NCBI GenBank assembly: GCA_033648345.1
Contig: GCA_033648345.1_4121.1
Source: a phage
Direction: 5' to 3' (one strand)
DNA length: 64,000 bases
A program made the position numbers and the translations under genes. Every line of letters begins with the position of its first letter. Within the stretch, counting starts at the first letter, position 1. The notes below the pieces were generated by a model. It made no database searches, was not told the origin of the DNA, and saw only the letters and a list, made by a program, of their open reading frames with translations. Positions 63,314-64,000 of the stretch are shown here, piece after piece.

Positions 63314-63697
63314 ATGATAAACGATGTAATGCTTTATGTATTAATTACTCCGATTCTTATTAACTCAGTAATAACTATTTCAATGGCATTATTTGGTATA
63401 GTAGCAATTGTTTATGCGGTAAGTACTGGAAAGTATACTTTAATTAGTAAGGTTGATTCATGGTTCGCATCTGATAGTGTACCATATTCAGCTAGTATGA
63501 TTACGATTGGTATTCTAATCGTTGCATTTACACTGCACTGTATTGGTTTTATTAATACAAGTATTTTTTCAGTTTTTATTGGTCTATCATTATATCCATC
63601 ACTTTGGTACTTGATTTATGTAACCGATGTTTGGTATAATAACTACAAGCAGTACAAAGTGAAGAAATCCATTTTATCCAAAGGAAACAAATCATGA
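63314..63697 (+). CDS. hypothetical polytopic membrane protein
   Basis: 127 aa, several TM helices. Confidence 0.45.
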   Translation: MINDVMLYVLITPILINSVITISMALFGIVAIVYAVSTGKYTLISKVDSWFASDSVPYSASMITIGILIVAFTLHCIGFINTSIFSVFIGLSLYPSLWYLIYVTDVWYNNYKQYKVKKSILSKGNKS

Positions 63698-63999
63698 AAG
63701 TAATTTTGTTTTTTGTTTGTATGATTATATGTGGTATGTCTTATGCAGAACCATTACCTGGACTAGTCTGTACTGAAGGTGATATTAAACACATTTACCA
63801 AGGTGATAGCGATGACCATACTATCGTTTATATCGATGGTGAAGTGTATAATTTTGTTAAAGAACATACTGTAGGTGACATTAGTTTTACGCAGTACTCG
63901 AATGATACTGATCCCAATATGCTTGCATTTCTTCAAGTTGATGTATATGAAGAAAGTAATGGCGAACAGTATGTTAAACTTGTGATGATGCGTAAGGCA
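63694..63999 (+). CDS. secreted hypothetical protein, 3'-truncated at window edge
   Basis: Signal-peptide-like N-terminus MKVILFFVCMIICGMSYA; ORF runs off the window end. Confidence 0.45.
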   Translation, partial: MKVILFFVCMIICGMSYAEPLPGLVCTEGDIKHIYQGDSDDHTIVYIDGEVYNFVKEHTVGDISFTQYSNDTDPNMLAFLQVDVYEESNGEQYVKLVMMRKA

Positions 64000-64000
64000 G

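Overview
This 64-kb window reads as a contiguous early/middle-gene segment of a T4-like (Tevenvirinae/Straboviridae-type) myophage genome: AT-rich, almost every gene on the + strand, tightly packed and often translationally coupled, separated by sigma70-type early promoters and hairpin/T-tract terminators. Recognisable genes are topoisomerase II large (gp39-type, unsplit) and medium (gp52-type) subunits, a GroES-like co-chaperonin (gp31 analog), a gp44-type clamp-loader ATPase, a HAD-type nucleotidase, a DexA-like exonuclease, a LemA-like membrane protein, a Dcm-type C5-cytosine methyltransferase split by a LAGLIDADG intein at its catalytic Cys, two HNH endonucleases, a sigma70-family factor, and a tRNA cluster (Ser and Thr clear; Gly-, Arg- and CAT-anticodon tRNA-like elements atypical). 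The rest is a hyperplastic region of small ORFs. The most striking content is (1) a family of at least 21 paralogous small proteins with variable N-termini and a conserved C-terminal module around T-E-E-x-[FY]-F-Q-x-S-[TL]-[VI], (2) the intein in the methyltransferase, (3) strong genome-wide over-representation of the palindrome AGTACT / CAGTACTG, also embedded in a repeated early-promoter cassette, (4) a second small family beginning MTHEEW, and (5) two ORF-poor, hairpin-rich intervals that may encode stable RNAs. All calls come from reading the sequence and the ORF track; no database search was run. Hand-placed coordinates of promoters, terminators and tRNAs may be off by 1-2 nt; at one place (about 23.94 kb) my reading of the printed text and the ORF track disagreed by one nucleotide, and I followed the track.
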